Of a DNA stretch of 44,270 nucleotides, positions 32,150-39,297 are shown one piece after another. This DNA comes from a virus, in the IMG/VR virus record IMGVR_UViG_3300045988_131882. One strand, given 5' to 3'. The stretch's first letter is position 1; each line of letters starts with the position of its first letter. Below the pieces are notes generated by a model. It ran no database searches and was not told the DNA's origin. It worked only from the letters and a program-made list of their open reading frames with translations. Made by a program: the position numbers and the translations under genes.

Positions 32150-32614
32150 ATGGAGAAGATCAAGGCGTACAAGGAAAAGCTGGAACACGAGATTGACGAG
32201 TTTGTGGAAAACTATCCCGTGAATGAGCGCACCGTCGCGGCACTGACCGCGATGCTGGAATGCTGGGAGCACGTGAAGAACTGCACGGCCTGCGCCGAAA
32301 GCGGCAAGCTGACGCAGGAAGACGCGATGGCATGGATGTACCAGATGAAAAACGAGGACGGCACGTTCGGCGCACATTGGGATGTTGCGCAGACAAAGCC
32401 TTACATGGAGCCGCGCGGTGTGAGCTGCGAGGCGTGGAAGTGGGCAGCGGTCATGAACATGATGTACAGCGACTACTGCAAGGCGGCACGCAAGAACAGC
32501 GTGGACAGACCGGAGTTTTACGCAGACCTTGCGGCGGCGTTTTTGGAGGACAAGGACGCGCCGGAGGACAAGGCTGGGCGGTACTACCACAATATTGCGG
32601 CGGTGCAGGAATAA
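32150..32614 (+). CDS. Conserved phage protein of unknown function
   Basis: MEKIKAYKEKLEHEIDEF...MKNEDGTFGAHWDVAQTK...MNMMYSDYCKAARK is a pattern I recognise from many Firmicute phage genomes. TGAGGTG lies upstream of the ATG at 32150. Confidence 0.65.
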   Translation: MEKIKAYKEKLEHEIDEFVENYPVNERTVAALTAMLECWEHVKNCTACAESGKLTQEDAMAWMYQMKNEDGTFGAHWDVAQTKPYMEPRGVSCEAWKWAAVMNMMYSDYCKAARKNSVDRPEFYADLAAAFLEDKDAPEDKAGRYYHNIAAVQE

Positions 32615-32660
32615 AAAAATCAGCCCGCAGCTGACGAGGGTTTCTCGACAGTTGCGGGCT
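32613..32660. terminator. Bidirectional terminator between the convergent late (+) and early (-) operons
   Basis: A 17-bp stem with one mismatch (32622-32638 with 32644-32660). An A7 run lies on the + side, which reads as T7 for minus-strand transcripts. Confidence 0.85.
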
Positions 32661-32668
32661 TTGCTGTG

Positions 32669-33115
32669 TCAGGGGAGAATATCAAGCTCCCAGCCGGAGG
32701 GGAGTTTCAGAAGAAACAGGCCGGTGCGTTCCTGCGCTCGTACCCAGAAATCAGAACGGTTCAGTTCTTTTGCTGTGTCACGGCGTGATTTGCCCTCAAA
32801 GTAAATGGCGATCAGGACAGATTGCTGGTCGGAGTTGAGGGGGTTCATAGCTTCGTGCCGCTTGCAATAGGCTGTGTTCATCTCGGCGCGGGCACGGCAG
32901 TACCGGGCATAGGCTTTATCGTACCGTTCTGCCAGGCGGGCTACCGGGTCAGAGTGGGCGTTTCCTTTGGGCATACCATCGGCAGGGTGAGCCGACATGG
33001 CGGCGTTGGATTCATAGAATTTATCGCGGGCCTCGATAAAGGCTTCCTGATAGGCGGCGTATTTTTCCATCCATTTTTTACGCTGGGTGTTGCCGCATGG
33101 TACATTATTTCCCAT
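32669..33115 (-). CDS. Sigma-70 region-4-like late transcription regulator (ArpU/RinA-type candidate)
   Basis: The C-terminal LNSDQQSVLIAIYFEGKSRRDTAKELNRSDFWVRAQERTGLFLLKL is a region-4-type HTH. It is the last gene of the early operon. GGAGGA lies 8 nt upstream of the ATG at 33113-33115 rc. Confidence 0.6.
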   Translation of the reverse strand: MGNNVPCGNTQRKKWMEKYAAYQEAFIEARDKFYESNAAMSAHPADGMPKGNAHSDPVARLAERYDKAYARYCRARAEMNTAYCKRHEAMNPLNSDQQSVLIAIYFEGKSRRDTAKELNRSDFWVRAQERTGLFLLKLPSGWELDILP

Positions 33116-33464
33116 TGCTGATGTCCTCCAACCAGTAATCTTTTTTGCACTGCTCACAGGGTTTACCATTTCTTACACATTTGGTTTTATATGATTTATC
33201 AATCTTTTTAGGGCATATATTTATAATACCGTTTTTCATTGGGGCATCTAAAAAATACCTTTTCAAAGCATCTTGCCTTGTGCGCGGCCATTTTTCCGCC
33301 CATTCGATTAGCTTTTGTGTACGTTCTACAACCTCTATTGTGTCATAGTTGCATAAAACGCATCCTTTGCTTTTTCCATTACTGTTTAGCTGGCATACCG
33401 CGCAAAATCCATTATACATAGTGCAAAGCTGGGCACGGTATATTTCGTATTGAAAAGCGTCCAT
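33105..33464 (-). CDS. Cys-rich protein, paralogue of 36473..36820
   Basis: Shared blocks: EWAEKWP.TRQ, NGIINICPKKID, C..C...YW.E. Confidence 0.65.
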   Translation of the reverse strand: MDAFQYEIYRAQLCTMYNGFCAVCQLNSNGKSKGCVLCNYDTIEVVERTQKLIEWAEKWPRTRQDALKRYFLDAPMKNGIINICPKKIDKSYKTKCVRNGKPCEQCKKDYWLEDISNGK

Positions 33465-33505
33465 GTGACACCTCCTTTTTCAAACTGCGAAAGGGTTGGC
33501 TGGCG

Positions 33506-33922
33506 TTACTTTTTATCGCCATCCTCCTGATAATATTCTTTGCTTTTTTCCCTGACAAGTTTACACCATTCATCCCAGCCATCTGAAATCCATAAATTCC
33601 CATCTTTTATTGCAGCTTTATGCTCTTCTAGGGTGGCTCTTTTTATGAGCTTGAGCTTTTTGAAATTGAAGGTTTCATATTTGCCATTTCCAAAATCAAC
33701 TGTATAGTTGTTGTCTTCAAGCGGGGAATCTTCATCATCATAGCTAATGTATAAAACCCTTCCTGCCTGGTCATAATAATCAGAAAACGAATCAGAGACA
33801 CGGACAGTATCTCCAAAATCGAAACAACGGTTCTCAATATCTGCAAGATATTGTGATGGGCTCATTTTAGAAAATTCAGAAAGTCTTGGGTCATTCGCAA
33901 TGCTTGATTCTTCTCGTTCCAT
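33506..33922 (-). CDS. Hypothetical protein
   Basis: 138-aa ORF in an AT-richer patch: MEREESSIANDPRLSEFSKMSPSQYLADIENRCFDFGDTVRV... Confidence 0.6.
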   Translation of the reverse strand: MEREESSIANDPRLSEFSKMSPSQYLADIENRCFDFGDTVRVSDSFSDYYDQAGRVLYISYDDEDSPLEDNNYTVDFGNGKYETFNFKKLKLIKRATLEEHKAAIKDGNLWISDGWDEWCKLVREKSKEYYQEDGDKK

Positions 33923-34043
33923 TTTTGCTCCTTTCTTTCAGTTTCATGCAGCGCGGCAGCGTGCAAATATCGCCATTCTTCCACTGGCATGTCGCGCAAA
34001 GATGTTTGCGGGCGTATTCATCAATTAGTTGCTGTTTTGTCAT
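33891..34043 (-). CDS. Small Cys-rich protein
   Basis: MTKQQLIDEYARKHLCATCQWKNGDICTLPRCMKLKERSKNG... GGAGGAA lies upstream of the ATG at 34041-34043 rc (the track starts at 34094). Confidence 0.5.
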   Translation of the reverse strand: MTKQQLIDEYARKHLCATCQWKNGDICTLPRCMKLKERSKNGTRRIKHCE

Positions 34044-34683
34044 GGGGTTCCTCCGGCTTCTTCCCAATCTCTTTACAAAAGTCGAGATAGTCATTCACGG
34101 CGTTGTGAAACTCTCTTTCGATTTCCTCTGCTTTGAAAGAATGGAAGTTTATCATGTCATGAATTTTATCAAGTTTACCATGCCAGAGTTTGTCATCATC
34201 ATCGTACTCAATAGTTGCCGTATAGCCGCGATAACTAAGCTTTAGAGACTCCGTATCCTCCGGGGGGTTGGGGAGTGGCATCCAGTGGGTGACGGCGTCC
34301 AGAGCGTAATAATCGCCCACATTGATAAATTCCTCTGTGTTCGGAAGTCTGAACGCCATAGACATAGAATCAAACGCTGCTTCGTATGCAAGAACCATTT
34401 CTTTTGCTTGTGGAAGTCTGTCTTTAACGCTTACCCATTTGCCGCAAACGTCTTTATATGGTTTAACCTGATATACAGCAGCAAGAGCATCAAGAACCCG
34501 CGCGCCAACTGGCGTATTTGAGTTAAAAGGCAAATGCTCACTAATGCACCTCTGTCTGATTGCTTTTAACGCATCGCCGCGCAAAATCAAATCACTGTTG
34601 TCATATTCTCCATTTATCATTTTATCTTTTGCCTTTTGGATAGCTTCAGCAATCTTATCTCCATCAAGTACAATGCTTTTCAT
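34021..34683 (-). CDS. Fusion protein: DUF551-like central region plus a HicB-antitoxin-like C-terminal domain
   Basis: GKWVSVKDRLPQAKEMVL...THWMPLPNPPE is the DUF551 pattern. LSYRGYTATIEYDDDDKLWHGKLDKIHDMINFHSFKAEEIEREFHNAVNDYLDFCKEIGKKPEEP is the HicB-like pattern. Confidence 0.65.
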   Translation of the reverse strand: MKSIVLDGDKIAEAIQKAKDKMINGEYDNSDLILRGDALKAIRQRCISEHLPFNSNTPVGARVLDALAAVYQVKPYKDVCGKWVSVKDRLPQAKEMVLAYEAAFDSMSMAFRLPNTEEFINVGDYYALDAVTHWMPLPNPPEDTESLKLSYRGYTATIEYDDDDKLWHGKLDKIHDMINFHSFKAEEIEREFHNAVNDYLDFCKEIGKKPEEPHDKTATN

Positions 34684-35023
34684 CTGTGCTCACCATCCTT
34701 GCGCCACAGTGCGGGCAATACTCGTAATTGTTTTCTTCTGGCGTACCATCTTCCAGAATGAACCTGTCCTTGCAGGCAGAACAACACCAGACGATAGAAT
34801 CGCCATAGTAATCGTCCTCGTTTTCCCAATGCGCCGTAGGCCGCAGGGATTCGGGGTCGATGGTGGTGCAGTCGTCTGCAACGCATTTTACCGCTTTGCA
34901 TAGTTCCTGCATTTTGAAGCATCGGTTAATTTGTCGCCCCTCTGCTGCGCCCATTGCCTTGTTCCACTCACCGTAAGCGTGTTCTGCAACCTCTACAATT
35001 TCATCCGCATCAATCAGTCGCAT
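34664..35023 (-). CDS. MRLIDAD-family zinc-ribbon protein (paralogue of 35010..35420)
   Basis: MRLIDADEIVE..., IDPESLRPTAHW, CSAC, YCPHCGARM. GAGGAG lies upstream of the ATG at 35021-35023 rc. Confidence 0.65.
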   Translation of the reverse strand: MRLIDADEIVEVAEHAYGEWNKAMGAAEGRQINRCFKMQELCKAVKCVADDCTTIDPESLRPTAHWENEDDYYGDSIVWCCSACKDRFILEDGTPEENNYEYCPHCGARMVSTDEKHCT

Positions 35024-35420
35024 TTTCTTTCTCCTCTCTTTCATCTGTGTTCACCATCCTTGCGCCGCAGAACATACAATACTTCATACGGCTTGCGCTT
35101 GTTCTCCATTCTGTTTGGTGACAAGCGGAACACTCGTATTCGTTTTCTCCGCAAACATATCCTCGTTTTATCCAATGTGCCGTATGCCGCAGGGATTCAG
35201 GGTCTATGGTTGGAATTGCTTTCAGCCATTTAGCAAAATACCTTAACTTTACAATGTCTTTAGTGCACCGAATTGCGTAAGCAGATTCGCCTAATTCATC
35301 TGCTTTTCCATGCAACATCATAATGTCTAATTCTATATTCTTTAGAATTGGCACCACATCAATCAGCCGCATCGGCTCTTTCGGCTGGCTTGCGCCGGGG
35401 ATGGGGCAGTAGTTATTCAT
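35010..35420 (-). CDS. MRLID-family zinc-ribbon protein (paralogue of 34664..35023)
   Basis: PMRLIDVVPIL..., IDPESLRHTAHW, CSAC, YCMFCGARM. GGAGGT lies upstream. Confidence 0.65.
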   Translation of the reverse strand: MNNYCPIPGASQPKEPMRLIDVVPILKNIELDIMMLHGKADELGESAYAIRCTKDIVKLRYFAKWLKAIPTIDPESLRHTAHWIKRGYVCGENEYECSACHQTEWRTSASRMKYCMFCGARMVNTDEREEKENATD

Positions 35421-35447
35421 TGCCGGTTACCTCCGTCTGTCTTTTTG

Positions 35448-35570
35448 TTAAAGCAAAGCGTTATATATAAAGGCAAGCAAAATCCACCAGGTCCACATAA
35501 AGTTTCCAGTGATAGAAACCATAGCTACAATGAAAGCCAAAGTGGCAGAATAGATAATTGCGCTTTTCAT
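35448..35570 (-). CDS. Small hydrophobic membrane peptide (40 aa)
   Basis: MKSAIIYSATLAFIVAMVSITGNFMWTWWILLAFIYNALL. GGAGGGG lies upstream. The start is 1 nt after the upstream stop. Confidence 0.5.
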   Translation of the reverse strand: MKSAIIYSATLAFIVAMVSITGNFMWTWWILLAFIYNALL

Positions 35571-35571
35571 T

Positions 35572-35724
35572 TTAATGAACTTCCCCTCCGTGTGTATGTT
35601 CCATTCTGATATCTTCTTTCTGCTGCTGCGTTGCTTCCCGGCCAGCGGATACGCCCATGGCGTAGAATACAACAAACATGGCGGCAAGCGCTGCACCGCC
35701 GATGATATTTGCTAGGATGGTCAT
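35572..35724 (-). CDS. Small membrane protein (50 aa)
   Basis: MTILANIIGGAALAAMFVVFYAMGVSAGREATQQQKEDIRMEHTHGGEVH. GAGGAGG lies upstream of the ATG at 35722-35724 rc. Confidence 0.5.
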   Translation of the reverse strand: MTILANIIGGAALAAMFVVFYAMGVSAGREATQQQKEDIRMEHTHGGEVH

Positions 35725-36311
35725 TCGGATACCTCCTCTACATAGGCCATGCTCTGGCGCAGATTGAGCGATTTTGGATTGAGAATACAAGCCGGGGCGA
35801 CAGCGCCGCTGAGACACGCACCAACGCAGCCAAACCGATCACCAATATCCACAGCGCGAACCATAGCCGCGCCGCATCCCGTGTCGGAATCCTCGTAACC
35901 GCAAAACCATGGTGTTGCAGTCCACACCCAACTGTCGTAGCGCTGGATGAACTCACGGTACTTTCTGTACTCGTCACAAGTCAGGATAAAAACAAAGTCA
36001 TGTACAGTGCCATAAGCTCTGTCGCCGTTGTCTGCAACAAGGTCAACGGTATGTGCCAGTAGACATGTTCCACCAAAAACAGCATTAGCCATATCAGATA
36101 GAACCCCACGCACATTACTGGTACGGTAGTTATTCCAGTTGCCTTTCTCATCGGTAAATTTATCACTTGGACAGAATTTTACGTCTTTTCCCCACGGTTC
36201 AGCCATAATTGCCAGCACTCCGCCGTCAGGGTGGTTAGGGTCAAGGCAGACCCACTCAAAGTTTTTGAACATGAAGTGCTCGCCGGGGCGCAGGGTTGTG
36301 ATGTTAGTCAT
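35721..36311 (-). CDS. Hypothetical protein (DUF6273-like pattern, uncertain)
   Basis: 196 aa: MTNITTLRPGEHFMFKNFEWVCLDPNHPDGGVLAIMAEPWG... GGAGGT lies upstream. Confidence 0.6.
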   Translation of the reverse strand: MTNITTLRPGEHFMFKNFEWVCLDPNHPDGGVLAIMAEPWGKDVKFCPSDKFTDEKGNWNNYRTSNVRGVLSDMANAVFGGTCLLAHTVDLVADNGDRAYGTVHDFVFILTCDEYRKYREFIQRYDSWVWTATPWFCGYEDSDTGCGAAMVRAVDIGDRFGCVGACLSGAVAPACILNPKSLNLRQSMAYVEEVSE

Positions 36312-36483
36312 TGTCGGTTACCTCCGTTCTGTGATTCCATAACTCAATCGCTTTCTGCTTGCTTTTCATGTGGATAGTCCCGATGCTGCAGTAGTTGCAC
36401 TGCACTACATACCTACCGTCATAGCTTTCATATAACCCGGCTGTAGAACCACAGAACGGGCAAGGCTTGAGTTTAATTTCCAT
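36304..36483 (-). CDS. lar: Lar-family restriction alleviation protein (zinc ribbon)
   Basis: Hand translation: MEIKLKPCPFCGSTAGLYESYDGRYVVQCNYCSIGTIHMKSKQKAIELWNHRTEVTDND. The pattern CPFCG...C..C...AI..WN.R is the Lar signature. At under 60 aa it is not in the track. Confidence 0.65.
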   Translation of the reverse strand: MEIKLKPCPFCGSTAGLYESYDGRYVVQCNYCSIGTIHMKSKQKAIELWNHRTEVTDND

Positions 36484-36820
36484 TGTCGGTTACCTCCTCG
36501 TTCCAAAACAGTTGACGACACACGTTGCATCTTGTTCCCAGACATTCACTAGTTGACTTACAGCCTTCGTCTATAAGGATAGGACATATATTTATTATTC
36601 CGTCTGATTTTTGGGCATTCGGGAACAACTTCAAGAACTCGCTCTGGCGAATCTTGACGGGGTGGTCTTTTGCCCATTGCTCGACTTCTTTCACAATGCT
36701 TTCTCTATTTCTGCCGATATAGCGAATTGAGCACTTGCCACCTCCAAGCGGGCAGCTTTCACACGAAAAATGATTTTTACAAATCCTATCTAACTGTTTA
36801 CAAAATTCCATTGCGTCCAT
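36473..36820 (-). CDS. Cys-rich protein, paralogue of 33105..33464
   Basis: EQWAKDHPVKIRQSEFLKLFPNAQKSDGIINICPILIDEGC...CNVCRQLFWNEEV. Confidence 0.65.
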   Translation of the reverse strand: MDAMEFCKQLDRICKNHFSCESCPLGGGKCSIRYIGRNRESIVKEVEQWAKDHPVKIRQSEFLKLFPNAQKSDGIINICPILIDEGCKSTSECLGTRCNVCRQLFWNEEVTDNGN

Positions 36821-36824
36821 AGTC

Positions 36825-37106
36825 TCACTCCTTATCCAGCCCGCGGGCTACATACTGCCCATAGGTCAGGCCCAGGGCGGCGGCTTCGCGGACACATTGC
36901 TCAATGGGTTTTATGGTTTTCTTCAGGCAGGGATGCGCAGCGGGTTTCTTGCATTTTTTCAAAGCACCGGCATCCCTGCGGCGCTGGTAGGACGCCTGCG
37001 CGCTTTTGATATTGCGCTTGCGGATGCAGGAATCACAATAGCGCTTTGTGGGCTGGACATCCCACATGATTTTCCCGCAGGTCTTGCAGAATTTTGTTTT
37101 GGTCAT
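36825..37106 (-). CDS. Zinc-ribbon protein
   Basis: MTKTKFCKTCGKIMWDVQPTKRYCDSCIRKR...AAALGLTYGQYVA. Confidence 0.6.
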   Translation of the reverse strand: MTKTKFCKTCGKIMWDVQPTKRYCDSCIRKRNIKSAQASYQRRRDAGALKKCKKPAAHPCLKKTIKPIEQCVREAAALGLTYGQYVARGLDKE

Positions 37107-37432
37107 AGTGGCTCCTTTGTTTGGGGTGCTTCAATGCCGATGCCCTGTAGTGTTACCTGTGCCCAAAGGTCTGCAAGCTGGTCATTGCGGTACTCATTGT
37201 ATTTGTCAGCAACGGGGCCGGTCATTGCATCCTGAATCCGTTTCAGTGTGCGGGGAGAAAGACCTACCTGATAGCACGCCAGCAGGCACAGATAGGCAGC
37301 GCGGGTGGCAATGTCGTTGCGCTCCTTCATGACAGCTTCCTGCGCACGGCACTGGATGCCTTGAATTTTAGCTTCTGCATAGGCGTCTATGGCTTTTTGC
37401 ATGGCCGGGGTGGGATGAAGTCTGGCTTTCAT
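37103..37432 (-). CDS. Hypothetical protein
   Basis: The ORF is in the track as 37103..37441 (TTG start). An ATG at 37430-37432 rc lies 6 nt after the upstream stop. Confidence 0.55.
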   Translation of the reverse strand: MKARLHPTPAMQKAIDAYAEAKIQGIQCRAQEAVMKERNDIATRAAYLCLLACYQVGLSPRTLKRIQDAMTGPVADKYNEYRNDQLADLWAQVTLQGIGIEAPQTKEPL

Positions 37433-37437
37433 GTCTT

Positions 37438-37644
37438 TCAACTCTTTCCTGTTTTATATAATCCGTATTTTCTGACATCGCGGCAGATTTTAATTCCACG
37501 CTCTGCATCTGCCGCGTCCGCTGCGGCATCTGCAAGCCGCTGTGCGCGGATTTTTTCAAACATGGCCGCATACTCGCCGTAGCGATTGCAAGTGCTGTGG
37601 CAGTGCGCATGGCGGTCTGGGCAGTCTTTACACGGGCTGTTCAT
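37438..37644 (-). CDS. Cys/His-rich small protein
   Basis: MNSPCKDCPDRHAHCHSTCNRYGEYAAMFEKIRAQRLADAAADAADAERG... Confidence 0.55.
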   Translation of the reverse strand: MNSPCKDCPDRHAHCHSTCNRYGEYAAMFEKIRAQRLADAAADAADAERGIKICRDVRKYGLYKTGKS

Positions 37645-38047
37645 CGTCCAGCATCTCCTCTATGAAAATTTCGGTGCGGGGGTTGGCTTTGTCGTACAGT
37701 ACGCGGGAGCCGTCTGTTGCTGCTACGATGTTGCTGTTGTCATCTTTCAAAATCCTGGTATCAACCAGAATATCCATGATGGCGCTTTCAAGGTTTGTTT
37801 TATCTACCCTGTGCCGTGTAGGCATGTAATACAAGCACTTGACATTGTAGCGGCCTTCCAGCGGATTTTTGGGCGCTGGTTTTAAATACATCTTGGCAGT
37901 TCTTGCGTACTTCAAGTAGGCTGCACTTGGCAGAACTTTTGCGTACTTGCCCTTATGGCATACCGGGCAGTGTGCGCCAACGTATCCGATGCGGGGGCTG
38001 TTCTTTTTGGTGATGGGCTTGCCGTAGATTATGTATTTTTGGATCAT
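37628..38047 (-). CDS. rusA: RusA-family Holliday junction resolvase
   Basis: MIQKYIIYGKPITKKNS...RHRVDKTNLESAIMDILVDTRILKDDNSNIV is the RusA pattern (D-x-x-N...D...DD). GGAGGA lies upstream of the ATG at 38045-38047 rc. Confidence 0.75.
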   Translation of the reverse strand: MIQKYIIYGKPITKKNSPRIGYVGAHCPVCHKGKYAKVLPSAAYLKYARTAKMYLKPAPKNPLEGRYNVKCLYYMPTRHRVDKTNLESAIMDILVDTRILKDDNSNIVAATDGSRVLYDKANPRTEIFIEEMLDDEQPV

Positions 38048-38964
38048 ATAAAGTCCTCCACGCTCATCTGTCCTGGCAGTACATCTTCCTCCATCCACCA
38101 ACGGAATACATCTTGCCCTGTACCGCCCATCATCCAGCTTCCGTCCAGCTTTCCGCGCGCCCTGCGCTCATCAAGCATCCTGTCAAAGGCCTGTATGTAG
38201 AGCTTCTCGTAAGCAGGCCAGCGTCGGAACTCCGCATATCGTTTACTTTTCTTTGCGAGTGGGCATCCGATACACCCCACACGATTCAGCCCACATTCAT
38301 ACAACGGATTCACAGGCACCTTTGCATCCTGCAAAAAGCTCCATACTTGATTGTCCGTCCAGTCCACAACGGGGTTTACTACGCGTTTTGCGGCCACCTT
38401 GCACCCTTCAAAGATTTTGCTCGGCTCCTGTTCTTCGCCTTTCAAAACGATTCTGTTATCTTTGTTCCGGGTGTATGCTTCAAAAACGCCTCTGTCGCGC
38501 TTTCTTCGGCTACTTTCCGCCCACCGCACGCCAGTCGTGATGAACCGCCCGTTTCCGCCCTGTTCTTTCAGCACACCGCAGCAGTACCTCACGATTCGTG
38601 TCGGCGGCATCAGTTTTTGCGGGATTAGGTCCCACATACTTGTGCGCTTGCCCTTATAAACGGGGTAGTTAATGGTGCATTTCACGCCCAGATTTTCAAG
38701 TCTGGCAAATTCCTGCCGTACAAACCGCACTGTCTCCGGCGCATCCGCAGTTGTGTGGTTGTGCTGCACCTCAAACGGAATGCCCCCCCTCAGTGCAAGC
38801 TCTACGCACACGCTGCTGTCCTTGCCGCCGCTGGTCGTTACCACAAGCGGCGTTCCGTAATACTTCAGTGCCATGTCGCTTGCCGCTTTCAACCGCCCGA
38901 TGGCGATCTTCTCCGGGTCTCCGCTTGTCGGTAGGGTCACAAGGCCCCAATCTTCTTTGCTCAC
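38044..38964 (-). CDS. PAPS-reductase / DndC-like PP-loop ATPase family protein
   Basis: The PP-loop is VVTTSGGKDSSV. The C-terminal Cys cluster is CGLNRVGCIGCP. 306 aa. Confidence 0.8.
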   Translation of the reverse strand: MSKEDWGLVTLPTSGDPEKIAIGRLKAASDMALKYYGTPLVVTTSGGKDSSVCVELALRGGIPFEVQHNHTTADAPETVRFVRQEFARLENLGVKCTINYPVYKGKRTSMWDLIPQKLMPPTRIVRYCCGVLKEQGGNGRFITTGVRWAESSRRKRDRGVFEAYTRNKDNRIVLKGEEQEPSKIFEGCKVAAKRVVNPVVDWTDNQVWSFLQDAKVPVNPLYECGLNRVGCIGCPLAKKSKRYAEFRRWPAYEKLYIQAFDRMLDERRARGKLDGSWMMGGTGQDVFRWWMEEDVLPGQMSVEDFI

Positions 38965-39146
38965 GGTGCTATCTCCTTTACTTTCGCGTAATACTTCTCG
39001 CTGTACCAGATTTCCGTCAGGCGGGGATTTTGGGTGTAACCTGCGGTGCGCAGGGCGGCTTCATCGTTCCAACGTGTGGAATACAGGCGCTTGGAGTGGG
39101 TGAGGTCGCCGGTAGAGCGGGAGTAGGTGATGATTTCATACTTCAT
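38961..39146 (-). CDS. Hypothetical small protein
   Basis: MKYEIITYSRSTGDLTHSKRLYSTRWNDEAALRTAGYTQNPRLTEIWYSEKYYAKVKEIAP. It overlaps both neighbours by a few nt. Confidence 0.5.
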   Translation of the reverse strand: MKYEIITYSRSTGDLTHSKRLYSTRWNDEAALRTAGYTQNPRLTEIWYSEKYYAKVKEIAP

Positions 39147-39297
39147 CGGTGTGCAGGGCCTCTTGCAGGTGCTTTTGCGCGCTGTCCATAATCTCTGCGG
39201 CCTTTTCAAGTTTCACTTTCGCGTCGCTGCGCAGGAGGTTGGTTGCATAGGCAATCTCTGCAACCGCAAGTCTGAGCAGAAAATCTTTATCAGTCAT
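39136..39297 (-). CDS. Hypothetical small helical protein (53 aa)
   Basis: Hand translation: MTDKDFLLRLAVAEIAYATNLLRSDAKVKLEKAAEIMDSAQKHLQEALHTDEV. The start overlaps the dnaB stop and the stop overlaps the next start. Confidence 0.45.
   Translation of the reverse strand: MTDKDFLLRLAVAEIAYATNLLRSDAKVKLEKAAEIMDSAQKHLQEALHTDEV

Noticed and set aside
34021-34245. A complete HicAB toxin-antitoxin pair.
   Set aside because: Only the HicB-like domain is present, fused to a DUF551-like region. Neither flank has a small basic HicA-like ORF.
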